From Leptogorgia sarmentosa (taxonomy: Eukaryota): a DNA stretch of 64,000 bases. Shown here piece by piece: positions 1 through 12,310 of this stretch; position 1 is the stretch's first letter; the number at the start of each line of letters is the position of its first letter. Under the pieces are notes generated by a model. It had not been told where the DNA came from and made no database searches. It saw only the letters and a program-made list of their open reading frames with translations. The stretch covers positions 17,856,001 to 17,920,000 of the forward strand of contig OZ210885.1 of NCBI GenBank assembly GCA_964658305.1, in the 5' to 3' direction. A program made the position numbers and the translations under genes.

Positions 1-589
1 TGATATTTGTAGCGATCTATGGGGAAACAGAGTTGGTTGCTTTGAGAAACCAGCAATTGGTATAGATCCAAAGCAGGTAAATAGCTAATACTGATCAAGT
101 ATAATCAAACTGTACTGTACTCCACCAAAGTCAGTGTTGTTTTATCATTAACTGTGGGTTCAATGGACATGCATTTCTGTTGCCGAACCACAATGTTCCA
201 TCAATAGTCCCACCCGAGTACAAAACGAACAGCAATGTATATGTCGAGGATTGTGATTCGCCGCATGTCCACCCAGTTTCTGGAACAACTGATCGATATA
301 TTTTGGGAGACAGGTTCCATTCGTCTTCAAATCCACACAAGTCACCTTTATGCGCTTATCATGACATAAATAAAGCTAAAATGCTCAAGCTAACTGTGTG
401 ATTACCATAGTATGTGTCTTGCGTAGTATGTGTCACCAAAGTTTTGAAACACATATTTTGTTTAATTATCTCATGGACTTTTACCAAAATGAACAGATCG
501 TTAAGGCTCAAGAACGAAATATTTCTAAACAGTTAAAACAAGACCAGAAACTTGTTCAGGATCATATGTTGCGTTTTGTAATACATTAG
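1..589 (+). pseudogene. 3' fragment of a KDZ/HMGXB3-like transposase-derived ORF (degraded)
   Basis: Frames 180-401 and 398-589 join by a frameshift into ...HPVSGTTDRYILGDRFHSSSNPHKSPLC...LRSMCHQSFETHILFNYLMDFYQNEQIV. The DRFH motif and spacing resemble the C-terminus of KDZ-type transposases. Likely GT donor at ~77. Confidence 0.4.
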
Positions 590-651
590 TTTTGTGTTTA
601 ATTAATATAATAGACAGCTGGTCAGTGAGCTGGTTCTGGTTGCCCTTCTGA

Positions 652-874
652 AACCTTAAACGATGAACTATGAGCGTGCAATGGATGCTGCTTGTCGATT
701 ATTCAAAGCCATTAAAGGTGGACAAATCAGGTTAGTAAATGACTAGCCCGTATTTTGCCGTGTTTACTAGCTATATTCTTTGGAATTGTTGTAATGCAAA
801 ATACCCTTGGTTTGTGACTCCAAATGGACGTTAACCAGCATCCTTTGCACGCTCATAGTTCATCGTTTAAGGTT
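652..874. mobile_element. MITE, PIF/Harbinger-type
   Basis: 39-bp TIR AACCTTAAACGATGAACTATGAGCGTGCAATGGATGCTG (652-690) vs reverse complement of 836-874, 1 mismatch. 3-bp TSD TGA at 649-651 and 875-877. Confidence 0.85.
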
Positions 875-1233
875 TGAGGTTTTGAAAAACATCTTTCTGT
901 GAATCAGATGTAAATATTCTTCGGTTCGTATTATACTATATTAAAGTGTCACTGAGACGAAATTTTTCCCTTCTATTTTTATTCCATAATTGTAAAGTAA
1001 ACCTACGTATTAGCTTCTGTTCGAAGTTTTAGGTCGAAATTCTCAAAGGCGGCGGAGTTATGACAAGTTGAAATTCCGAATTTGCCGTCCGCCATTAAAT
1101 TTTTTTCAAAGCCATCAAAACGGAAGTGTGACGTCATTTTCTTAACACAACAAAGTCTCATGTTGAGAATTATATGGGAGCGCATAGTATTTTAATACAT
1201 GTGAATTATTTAAATTTAAATTAAAAACACACT

Positions 1234-4200
1234 ATGCCCTAACGCGCTGTGTTGTACAGGACTGTAGCAACGAATCAAATGCTACTGCAGGGATATCCTT
1301 GCATATAAGTCCAAAAAATAAAACGGCAAGAGCAAACTGGGTTCGATTTGTTCGGACTAAGCGTGCGAATTTTAACCCGCCAGACGAGACTCGCTTTATG
1401 GTTTGTTCTGAACACTTTTCCGCAGATAGTTTTCAACGTGCGTACCATATACAAGGAGTAACGCGTCGCCTAAACTTGGGAGCTATACCAACTGTTTGGA
1501 AAGCCAAATTTTCGGACGAGGACGAATTTTCACCAAGACAGCGTCGTAAAGTAAGTAGGTGTACATTATATTCATGTACAATAAACAAATACACTAAGTT
1601 CATGTATTTAATTTATTTTTACTTTACTGCTAAGATTATAAAAGATATTCTTCAAGAAGATACAAAGAGTGAAAATTCGTTGGAAAATAGCGACATTACG
1701 GTAAGCCAGAAAACTGCCATATAATAATGATGTAAATTATGGTATGTAATGATTGTTGCACAATTCACAATATATTGCAACTTTGTTAGGTTTCAAGTCC
1801 TACCAGCAGCTCACACTCTGATGCACTGGTAATGACTCCTGATACAACACAAAATGAGGTAAAATCTACTTCTTTATAGTATCAGAATGTAGCATGAATG
1901 TCACAAAAAAACGTAGTAGAATAACAATGCGAAAATCTGAGCAAACTACTTTCTTATCAAATAGGAACTTCATGAGCTGGTTCAATGTAAGCCCTGCAAG
2001 GATAAAGAAAACTCAATCCATGAATTGAAAAATAAGATCAGCCAACTGGAAAAAAAAATGACAAAGAACCAAGCAAGATGGGTTGATGCTTTTCAAAAAT
2101 TAGAAAAAGAAACTAATGAAAGCAAATGTAGTAAGTATAAACACAAATTATTCTACTTATTTGCTGCTAATAGTGTGTACTTTAAATTTGGTGAATTATT
2201 TTGACCTAAATTACTTTTAATTTGTGAAAGATGATACCAAACATACCAGCTCTCCAAATGTTGTGGAGGAGTTAATGGAGGAGATGGAGGAACGGAACGA
2301 GGTGTCTGGAGAAGACCAAATGGATTGTGATGATGAAGCCCTGGATCCAACTTGGAAACCACAGCAGCTGCAAAGTGAATACGACAAGGCTGCTGATGAC
2401 AATGACTCACAACCAAGAGCAGAGTTAGTTGAAATGAGCATAACAGTGATAACCTATAAGATTGAAATACACTTTGATAATTGCATTCACATGCTTTATG
2501 TATTTTAAGGTTATTATATCAAGGAAAGAACAAGAGAGAAGAACCCAAAGGCATTGTTTTCCTTTCACAGTTGCTGTTACTGTTTCAACATTGCCATAAA
2601 TGTTTCTCTTCAAAACCCCGTGTATCTGTTGCTCGGTCTGGAACCATGCTCACCCTTGAATCAAAATGTAATTTCTGTAATGATACTATGACTTGGAAGA
2701 GTCAACCTCACCTTGGGAAATTTCCTGCTGGGAACATCCTGTTAAGTTTTGCAATTCTTTCTGCTGGTGCATCAACAACAAAAGTACTTCGAGTCTTTAA
2801 GCATATGGGTCTGTTAGGATATAATGAAGTTACTTATTACTACCATCAAAGGCATCTCCTCTTCCCATCAATTGTTAAATACTGGCGTTCCTATCAAAAA
2901 AAAATTTTGGAGTCATTAAATGGTAAAGAAGTCATATTGGCTGGTGATGGAAGACATGACAGCATGGGGCACTCTGCAAAATATGGGACCTATACCGTTT
3001 TCTGTTGTACCGTTGGGTTAATTATCCACATTGTACTACTCCAGGTAGCACTGCATTGCACACCAATTATGTTGATAAACACTTTCAGTTATAGTTACAA
3101 TGAGTATACATTGTATTTTTAGGCAAACCAGGCTGGCAGCAGTTCTGCGATGGAAGCTCTTGGACACCAGAAAGCTGTAAAATTTTTATTAAGCACTGGA
3201 TTAATCATCACTGCTTTCATATCTGACAGACATGCAACTATCACAAAGTGGATGAGAGAGGAGTGCCCAAAAATTTGCAAGACATTGGGGAAACCTGTGA
3301 TTAAGCATTTCTTTGATTTATGGCACATTGGGAAAAGTAAGATTTATCAAATAATTGTGTTCATTGAATAGCCCTGTCTGATACTACAAAATGTTAAATA
3401 TAATAGACAACATTTTTACCTAGAAATTCAAAAAACCCTTATAAATTTGGCCAAAGATAAAGAACTTGAAGTTATCGGCAGATGGAGAAAAGCGTGTGTG
3501 CGACACTTTTACTGGGCTGCGACATCAACTCATTCTGGAAATGGAGAAGTGAAATGGGCTAAATTTGAGTCCGAGATGTGCCCATAGTGATATAATAAAG
3601 CCACGTGTTTGGTTAACTAAGGGTAAGGGTATAAAGCTGGTAGGTAAACCATATATTGATCCATCAAAAATTTAACAAACCTGTTGGATGTTTTTATGGT
3701 AGGATCTTTAGCCCTGGAGAAAATGAAAGATGCTCTTTGTTCAACCAAAATGGTCAAGGCTGTCAAACAGGCATCATCTATGGCCCAGACTAGTTGTCTT
3801 GAGGGATATCATTCTGTGGTTAACCAATTCTCACCAAAAATGACTCATTTCTCATACTCTGGAATGCTTTGTAGGTGAGCTGACCAGTAAATACAATAAG
3901 AATGACTATGTAGTTCTCTTTAGTGTAAACACTTTTATCATTTGATAAATTTTGTAGGTCCATTCTTGCTGCATTACATTTCAATTATAACCTGCGGCAT
4001 GAGAATAAGCTAGACCAGAATGGACAACATCGCCTTCGAGTTACCTACATGAAATACAAAGAGGGTGAAGGAACAGTTCGACATTTACGGGCAAAACAAG
4101 ACTTTTGTATGTTTGATATCTCCAATAGCCATTTTGGAATAAAGCTGCTATAATGTTCTAATCAGTAATCATGTATTGTATCCTACTTTATCTAGCTTAT

Positions 4201-4610
4201 GTATCAGACATTTATGAAGAACTTATCACAACCCCCAGGGAGGAACTAGAGAAAATTGAGCAGGAACTAAAGGAAGAAAACCCTGGTCCTCTTCATTCAA
4301 TGCTGCCTGAAAGACAACCAAGACAAGAGGCGATTGATTTGTTTCGTGCTCGTAAGAGAAAACTTAATTTTGATTGCCCACCAACATGTACAGGTAATAT
4401 TTGTACTCGCTGTGCACACATAAATTAAAGTCACACCCATAATATTAACTATAAATGTTGTTTATTATCTTAGAAGCCGAACTTCAGGCATTGTTAAAAC
4501 CAACAAAAGCCGCTCGAGGAAGGAAAACACCGAAATGTTCAAGATGTGGAAACCTAATGAAAGGACACAAGAGAGGGGCTTGTTCAGGATTACAAACCAC
4601 AGATACCTGA
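1234..4610 (+). pseudogene. Kolobok THAP-DDE transposase, multi-exon, slightly damaged
   Basis: THAP motifs CVVQDCSN...W...VCSEHF...GAIPT. Catalytic-region motifs GDGRHDSMGHSAKY, SDRH, FFDLWHIGK, QTSCLEGYHSVVNQFSPK. C-terminal CSRCGNLMKGHKRGAC; stop at 4608-4610. The ATG at 1234 is out of frame with the THAP, and there appears to be a deletion near 3570. Confidence 0.85.
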
Positions 4611-5485
4611 TCAAACATCTTCGTCTTCCTTGAAGCCTTTATATTCCTGGTTTTCTGAGTTGGGGAATGCTTTTCTTATGGCATTGTAGCAACATGAAGG
4701 CAACGGAAGATGTCTGGAGCTCCCTGTAAAATCCCATACAAGCCGCACCAATTGCCTGTAAGATACTGCGCGTAAAAACCTGTAAATATATATTTATCAC
4801 GTTAACATACAAACAATTTTTTTCATGAAAGTTACCATTCCAAAGCTTACTCTGATCTGGTCTTTTGTCCTTGTTGAAACACAGAAGCATAGCTCCTGTG
4901 CCCCTTTGTCTTCAACCCCAAAGCAGCATGCTCCAAAACCCACTCATTCAAAACAACCTCGTTAAATCCTGGGTGTTCTCTGATGCATTTCTTTTCGTCT
5001 TCTGTTTCGAAGCAATACATTTTGTCGCGACATGCCTGGATTTCCATACAGCAACGACACTCTTCATGTTTCACTACCAAATCTAGTGAACAGTTGCCAC
5101 ACTCACACCTATATAAATAAATACGTAAAGTATGTAAATATCGAACAAACGCCCGTGTTACACTTCGTATAAAATCATACCGCGAATGTACTTTCTATCC
5201 CTATTTAAACAAGTAGATGTTAAAATACACTTACCAAGAAGCAACCTCAATCTCAGCATTAAAGCGCCGTTGCAAAATGTTTTCATTGTGCTGTTCTTCA
5301 GCGACAGCTTGTTCGTACTGCGCAATTTCTTCGGGTGAAGCAAGAGGGTCGATATTGTCATCGTACGGGAGAACTTCTGATCCAGATTCGCCCGAATTTG
5401 CGGTAAAGTACTCCGACGAATCGCATGATGACTCTGTTTCACTCCACGAGTCAGACGAACAACTAGATTCTACTAAATTCGACAT
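4611..5485 (-). CDS. KolX accessory protein (P2X7 C-terminal-like Cys-rich domain), 3 exons
   Basis: Exons ~5485-5234, ~5109-4850, ~4781-4611: WCECGNC...ECRCCMEI...CIREHPGF...FLRAVSYRQLVRLVWDFTGSSRHLPLPSCCYNAIRKAFP...EDEDV*. Confidence 0.85.
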
Positions 5486-6081
5486 CTTAAAAAGGCCCTG
5501 TTTACTATAAGCGCAATGGCGATTGTGTCGTGTTGCGTACTTGTGTTAAGAATATGACGTCACAACCTCTTGCATGCCAGTGTCAAAAATTTTAATGGCG
5601 GACGCCAATTTAACCACTTTTGAAGGCTTATATCTTTTGAACTATATGCTCAAATAAACTCAAATTTTAAATACTGGTTAATTACATATATCTAAATCAG
5701 CTGCATGTAAAATTTGTTGAAAATTCAGAGGTCAATTTTCGTGTCAGTGACACTTTAAAATGCACCTTAAAATTTGCAGCTAGTTTTGTGACTGCAGTAT
5801 GTTTGAAGAATGCACAAAACATATACTATTAATCATCATGATTAGTTTAGTAATAAATTGAGATAAAGCCTACTTGTTTAATAATAGCACTTATTCAGGT
5901 TTCATAAGGCTATTGTTTTTACCAACAACCTTCATTTTGAAAACATCAATATCATCAATGCAAGGCTTGGTGGTAGGAACAAGAGCAATAAGTGCTATTG
6001 CCTTCTGCAAGGCAGGAACTTTAAGTAGCAATATATTTTTTAACTTACACATTACAGTGCATACATCTCTTATTGTTCCAC

Positions 6082-6972
6082 TTAATCCATATCAAACACC
6101 TCTTCTTCATGCTCATTTTCAGTTTCACCAATCACTGGAAAGTGCATCAAGAGGTTTTTCTTGTGCCATGACATCCAGGTTTTGAACTTTTCCTTGTTCA
6201 ATGTGTGGGTGGGGTCATGGGAAATCCCTTTAAAGGATTCAAATGATCGTTCATCATCCTTCTTGAATGGCCTTAAGTCTCTCAAATCTTTGTTAATGAT
6301 TGCTTCATCACTGGCTGATGACTTATGTGAGTGTCTGGAAGATTTCTGGTGGATGTTTACTTGATGCTCAAATGCATCAACAATATTTGTCACACCTCCA
6401 GATCCTTGCTTGCTCTAGAAATAGCTTGCTCTGTTTTGTTTGCACCCATTGCTTTGATCAGCTTCTTCATCTCACAATTTCTGTTCTCTTGGAACAGGTC
6501 AATCTCGATGTTGTTTCCGGCGCCGCCTTTCCAATTAACTGTAGCTGCCCATTTGCAGCGATGTGCCTCTGCTTCTGATAGCAGCACTTTGCTTTGCAGG
6601 ATGTTGATCAGCATCTCAATTGAAAATTCATTGAAGCCAGGTGTGGCAAAGAAATGGTGCAGCAACTGTTTCCTTAGGATGAGCAGGTGCTCACCATTGC
6701 CTGTGGAGACTGCATCCTTAAAGTCAACCAATATTAAAAAACATTTGATGACATTGACAGAATAGCTCCAAACACCGTCTGCGACCTCTCCATTTCCACC
6801 AATGAAAACAAATTCGTCAATGAATTTATCCAGCATGCTGGTAATGTATTGTTTCCGGTACTCTTCTGTTAGAACTTCAACACTATGAGGATTGTTCGCT
6901 GTTGGTTTGTGTTTTGTGCTGTCCATTTGGAAAAATTCCAAAAGGGCTTCAATGACAAAACACTTTCCAACA
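6082..6972 (-). pseudogene. DUF6589-like putative transposase, 3' exon relic
   Basis: Motifs FKDAVSTGNGE, EFSIEML, LLSEAEAH..KW...VNWKGGAGNNIEIDLFQENRN. Frameshift near 6392. Splice acceptor at ~6973; upstream exons are replaced by a LINE. Confidence 0.55.
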
Positions 6973-6981
6973 CTGAAAAAC

Positions 6982-8115
6982 AACACTGAATTGAATATCA
7001 CAGTAAACAATCTCCAAATAGAACAGAAAAGTGTCGATAAATTACTTGGAATAAAAATTGATGAACAACTTAATTTTGGCGAACATATTCACGATACATG
7101 TAAGAAATTAAACGAAATTTGCCACTAAATGAGCTGAAGCTGTTCTATAATGCGATGATCAAACCAGTCATGTTATATGGTTCCTGTGTCTGGAGCACGT
7201 CTTCAGAATATGTAGACCATGTTTTAAAATTTGAAAAGCGAGCTGCGCATGTAATACTTGATGTGGGCAAATACGACAGGAGCGCACATCTATTTGAAAT
7301 TCTTGACTGGTTGCTGCTACCTGATGAAATAAAATTACAGAAATGTTGTATGTGTTATCCAAGTGTGTTAGTGGTAAATCACCCAGCTATGTGAACCAAC
7401 TTTTTACTAGAACCTCGGACGTTACATAGTCGAGCTACAGAGCATAGTAATCTTAATTTAGTCTGTCCACGTTTATCATAGGGAGACTGAAGGTGTACGA
7501 ACTTTTCAAATAAGTGGTACTAAATTGTGGAACACTATTCCTATAGATACTAGGAAAAAAGAGACATTGAGCTCTTTTAATTCTTCTTTAAAGAAACATT
7601 TAAAGCTCAAACATTAATTGAGACGAATTACATTTTATATTTTCATATCTTAATATCTTACTATTAGTTAGCTATATGTATATACCAGGTGATCTCGATA
7701 CATGGAAAAGGACTGGGACTAGATGTCAAATAGAAATCCATTTTTCGACCGAAACAACCGAATATCTCTCATAATATACTTTATTTCGATTCCATATTTT
7801 CGTCAGAGCTATAGTTCTCATAACCAAACATAATTACAAAATTTCAAGTAGTTTCGTACAGAATAACGAAAGATATAATCGTGTGAATATAGCAAAATGG
7901 ATTTCTATTCGGGCAACCTTTTCTGAGCGCTGATTGGCTGAAACACGAATACGAGATCACCTGGTATACATATACATATTATTTTATATTTTAGTTTGTA
8001 GTCAGAAATGTTTAACTCTGTATCTAATTTAGTTAATTACTGAGGGCCACATTTTAATCAGCGTAAGCTGTCAAGTGTGACCCTCATTAAATAAAGTTGT
8101 CAATCAATCAATCAA
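6982..8115 (+). mobile_element. 5'-truncated non-LTR retrotransposon (CR1/L2 group) 3' end
   Basis: KLLGIKIDEQLNF..HI, KLFYNAMIKPVMLYGSCVW, KRAA.VIL, KLWN.IP (frameshifted). AATAAA followed by a (TCAA)n tail at ~8090-8115. Confidence 0.8.
7681..7968. mobile_element. MITE nested in LINE 3' UTR
   Basis: Perfect inverted repeat TATACCAGGTGATCTCG (7681-7697) / CGAGATCACCTGGTATA (7952-7968) in TA-rich flanks. Confidence 0.75.
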
Positions 8116-8929
8116 ACTGGCTGGTAATTGGCTTGCTGGTTTCCTTCAGCATTCGCTGCAACTCTTTGATTAGCAATTTCATCTTTATTTTCATTTCCGT
8201 CAACATGATCAATATCATCCTCGGCACGATCATCAAAATTTGATGAAGTTTGAATATCAAAGTCATATGAAATTTCTTCTCCAGAAATATGAATGCAAAC
8301 AAATTTATGAGAAACAGGATCATATAATTTATATCCTTTCACACCTTCTGGATACCCCATGAAAATCGAATTTCTAGATTTTGCATCCAGTTTCTTTCTT
8401 TGATTGTCAGGGATATGAATGTATGTAATACATCCGAATACGCGTAAATTGGACACATCAGGTTTCTTTTCGAACAAGCATTTGTATGGAGTGATGTAAT
8501 TTAAAGCTTTTGTTTGCCTGCAATTTCACACGTAAACCGACTATTGACTGCTTCAGCCAGAATTTGGGCTGAAAGCACAACAAGCAGAACCTTTTCCTTT
8601 ATGTTGATTACCATCTCTTTGTGAATTGTTAATTCGTTTAGGACAGTCTTGAGCAAAATGTCCTTTTTCTTTACACTAATGACAGGTCCCTTGGAATTTC
8701 CGACCAAATTTAACTTCATTCCTCCTGTCATTTCACTCTTTCAACACATATCTTCTTCTACTGTTCCATCGTTGGGCAGAATATGCATCTTCCATTTTCT
8801 TCGAATCAGTAATTTTGTTAGAATCATTTAATATTCAGTTTCAAAAGTGATTTTCTCCTCTCCAACAGCATCTAACATGGTAATGAGTGGCTTCAATTCA
8901 TCTGGTAAACTCACAAGCAAAGTCATAGT
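8116..8929 (-). mobile_element. Ty1/Copia relic (gag, zinc knuckle and integrase C-terminal fragments)
   Basis: TLLVSLPDELKPLITML (gag), CH.CKEKGHFAQDC (knuckle), KPDVSNLRVFGCITYIHIP..QRKKLD.KS...IFMGY....KGYKLYD (Copia integrase SH3-like). Large internal deletions. Confidence 0.85.
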
Positions 8930-9315
8930 TACGGTGGCCCACAACTGTCATGTCATTTGCAAACCAGTCTTGTCAAATGCAACTCATTCTGGTCAAGAGC
9001 AAAACACTCGCATCAAAAGCAAATCATTTCCGTCAAAACCAAAACACTCCCGTCAAAACCAAAACACTCGCTTTTAATTTCGTCATAATTTCGACATGTA
9101 ATAAAGTGAATAACCTTGCACAGAACAAACAGATATATACACAATATTATTTTACAACACAACAACATTGTAGGCAACTGTGGGCAACTGCCGTACCCGT
9201 AATGCTTTCTACTTATGACACAATGGTCTTAACAGTTGTACTTCGGTAGAATGCGTTAAGACATTCTAGTCGTGCTAAAATATTCGCGATTTATCACCAC
9301 CCAATTCAGGGCATC

Positions 9316-12280
9316 CAGGGCTCGAAATAGCGGCCTGCCAATGGCCAAAAGCAGGCCATATTTAGGAAATGGCAGGCGGAAAAAAAATTAAACTGCCAAA
9401 TCAAAAATGAAATGGCAGGCAAAATTCTGTGTAAAAAGTAGAAATACAAATAGAAAACACAAAGTCAAATTGAATAAAATTACATTGTGTTATTTGCTGG
9501 CGCATACTAATGTCCTGCGGTATACTAGATCCCAGGCTACATTCGGGACCGCCATTAAATATACAAAAACAAATGGCGTCCAATTCTTCTGCAAGAAATA
9601 TTAGAAAATCTACTGTTTTGAAATGGAAAGTTGGGAATTGGCTGGAAATTGTAGACTCTAATAGGCACAAAGGTGAGGTTTGGGTAACTTCTGTGCGATG
9701 CAAACTGTGTGCAAAATATGAAAAGAAGCTAACAAACACACGAAATTTTAACTTTTCATGCTGTCGTGGTACAACAAATGTGAAGCTAGATGCTGTGAGA
9801 ACCCACATGAATGGGGAACCACACAAGCTTGCATTAAAGTTGGAGGATGAAGAGATGTTTAAGACAAAGCCAGGTCCACTACCTGCATATGCTCCGACAC
9901 CACTGGGAAAGGCATTTTTTAAGCTAAACGAGAATGAGAAAGTAAGAATCAAGAAATTGATTGAAATAGCATATGTTGTTGCCAAAGAAGAGATGCCATT
10001 CACCAAATTTGTTGCCATTGCTAAGCTAGAGAAATGGCATGGGGTTGAATTGGGCCAAACATACCTAAACGATCATGCATGTGCAGATTTTGTTGACGCT
10101 ATAGCTGAAATATATGAAGAGGAATTAAACCAGGTTCGTGTGCTTTTGATGTTTTGACATTTAGGTTCAATGGTTGTAATTAAGTGATATTCCAGTCTCC
10201 AGATTGCACACACCCCTTGTCCTTGTGAACTCCAAAAGGGATATGGTGACTCTTTACTTTGCAAGTTTTAAGTCTAAATATTTTTAGTTGTACTATTATC
10301 TGTATTTTTTAGATGTTGAAAAGAGTACATTACTACTCAATCCTTGTTGATGGCAGCACAGATGCTAGAAACAAAGAAAAAGAGGTCATCTACATCCTCT
10401 ATGTGGATCCTGACACTGGAAGGCAGAGGCTCCGCTTTTTCTTTCTTCAAAAGGTGGAACATGCAACTGCCACAGATGTACTATCATTGATTAAAAAAGC
10501 CTTTGAACAACATGGAGTAGATTCACTTAAGGAACACACTGTGGGTTTTGGTGCTGATGGTGCAGCTGTCAATTTTGGAGTGAGAGGAGGTATTTGTGCA
10601 CTCTTGAAGGATGATGAAGGAATTGATTGGCTAGTCACAGTACACTGTGCTAGTCATCAGCTTGAGCTGAGCATAGCAGATGCTTTAAAATCAACAGTGT
10701 TCTCAGATATCAATGAAATGCTTCAGAATGTTTACTCCTTTTACAAACGAACTCCGAAGGAAATGGTACAGTTGGTAGGATTAGGAGAGGCCCTGGAGAT
10801 GGCAGTTTCAATGCCTGTGAAGGCAAGTGGAACCCGTTGGCTAGAGCATAAAATCAGGGCAATGAATTGGATAAGCAAGAATTATGGTGTTCTTATTTCC
10901 CATCTCAACCATCTTACAGAGGATGAATCGTTTACGAGTGCGGACAGGCAAAAATTTAAGGGAATGTATACCAAATACAGAAATGCAAAGTACCCTTTGT
11001 TTGTTCAGTATTTCATTGAAATTCTTGTGCCAGCAGCAGAGTTGAGTCTTATCTTTCAGCGCGAAAAAATTGATGTAGTAGAAGCAGTACGTGCAGTGAA
11101 GAAGTTTTTTCGCATCATGAACAAGGTAAGTGGGTCCAGTGAAGTTGTCTTCACTACTGGTCGTGTGAGTAATTTCTTCAGTAATCTGACCAACCAAGAG
11201 GAGCAATTTATTTACAAAGATGTCAACTTGAGTCACATTGAACAGGCAAAAAACAGCCTTCAATCAGCCAATGACAACATCCTCTCTACTATCATTGAAT
11301 GTTTCAAAGGAAGATTTGATGATATTACTAATACTGACAATCTGTTCAATGCTCTTGTGAAGATTTTAGACACTGAAGTCTATCCAGAACAAGGACTTGA
11401 TGATGCTTATGGTAAAGGTGAAGTGAAGTTGGTAATCGACAGGTTTTATGACTTACTCAGTGCAAATGGTTGTGATGTCATGAAAATTGAATGTGAGTGG
11501 GATGAGCTGAAGCAATTGGTTGTGACAACTCGATTAAAAACCATGACATATGTTGATGTCTGGGCAAAGCTTTTCAGTTCTTCAAAGATAGAATCTCTGA
11601 GCAACATCCTACATGTTGCTGAAATTCTCCTGGTTGTTCCAATCAGTAACGCAACTCTTGAGCGTATGTTTTCAACAATGAATCATATCCACAGTGACTG
11701 GAGAAATTGCTTAGGAGAAAAGAGGGTTGAGAATCTGCTAAGAATTTGGGAGGAAGGGCCTGCACCAGGAAAATTTGATGCACAACCAGTGCTTGCAAGA
11801 TGGAGTGAGAAATGTGCCACACAACGAAGGCCTAATGTGAGGCCAAGTGGGTTGAGAGCATCTGGTTCTAAGACTAAAAGAAAACTGCCTGAATCTCAGG
11901 TTGTTGAAACTGTGAAGAAGCTACTAAAGGACTCAGAGTCAGATACAACAGAGCTACATGTAGACATGTCTTCAGACAAGACAGACACTGAGTTTGAGTC
12001 TGACTGTCAACCTGTGATCTTGTAGATGTTAGTAGTGACAGTGATGAAATCGAGAACTAATCGTCAAAATAAGTTGGTATTTAAGTTGACATTATTTAAG
12101 TTGTACATTTAGTAAAGTTAACGTTTATTACAAGTTCATTTGGTTTTGTTGACAAATATACTAGGTAACATGCTATAAACTTTTGGCAGTTCAAAAAAAA
12201 AATGGCAGACGAAAAATTACTTGGCCTGCCAAACAAAAATTAAAATGGCAGGTCATATATTTTTTCTATTTCGAGCCCTG
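9316..12280 (+). mobile_element. hAT transposon (ZNF862-like transposase), apparently intact
   Basis: Perfect 15-bp TIR CAGGGCTCGAAATAG. Flanking duplication GGCATC (9310-9315 / 12281-12286). Subterminal AAATGGCAGG repeats. Confidence 0.92.
9573..12025 (+). CDS. hAT transposase, 2 exons (9573-10133, 10313-12025), ~757 aa
   Basis: Phase-0 GT-AG intron 10134-10312 joins the ORFs in frame. Motifs SILVDGSTD, GADGAA, HCASHQLEL, GTRW, NATLERMFS. No stops. Confidence 0.88.
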
Positions 12281-12310
12281 GGCATCTTACAAAAGTAACA
12301 AAAGATCGAG

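Larger units (their letters stand above)
945..5754 (+). mobile_element. Kolobok DNA transposon, full length
   Basis: TTAA at 941-944 and 5755-5758. 18-bp TIR AGTGTCACTGA(G/C)ACGAAA. Encodes a THAP-DDE transposase (+) and a convergent KolX (-), the canonical Kolobok layout. Confidence 0.93.

Noticed and set aside
4611..5485. P2X7 purinoceptor-like host gene
   Set aside because: Only the Cys-rich domain is present, inside Kolobok TIRs and convergent with the transposase. It is KolX.
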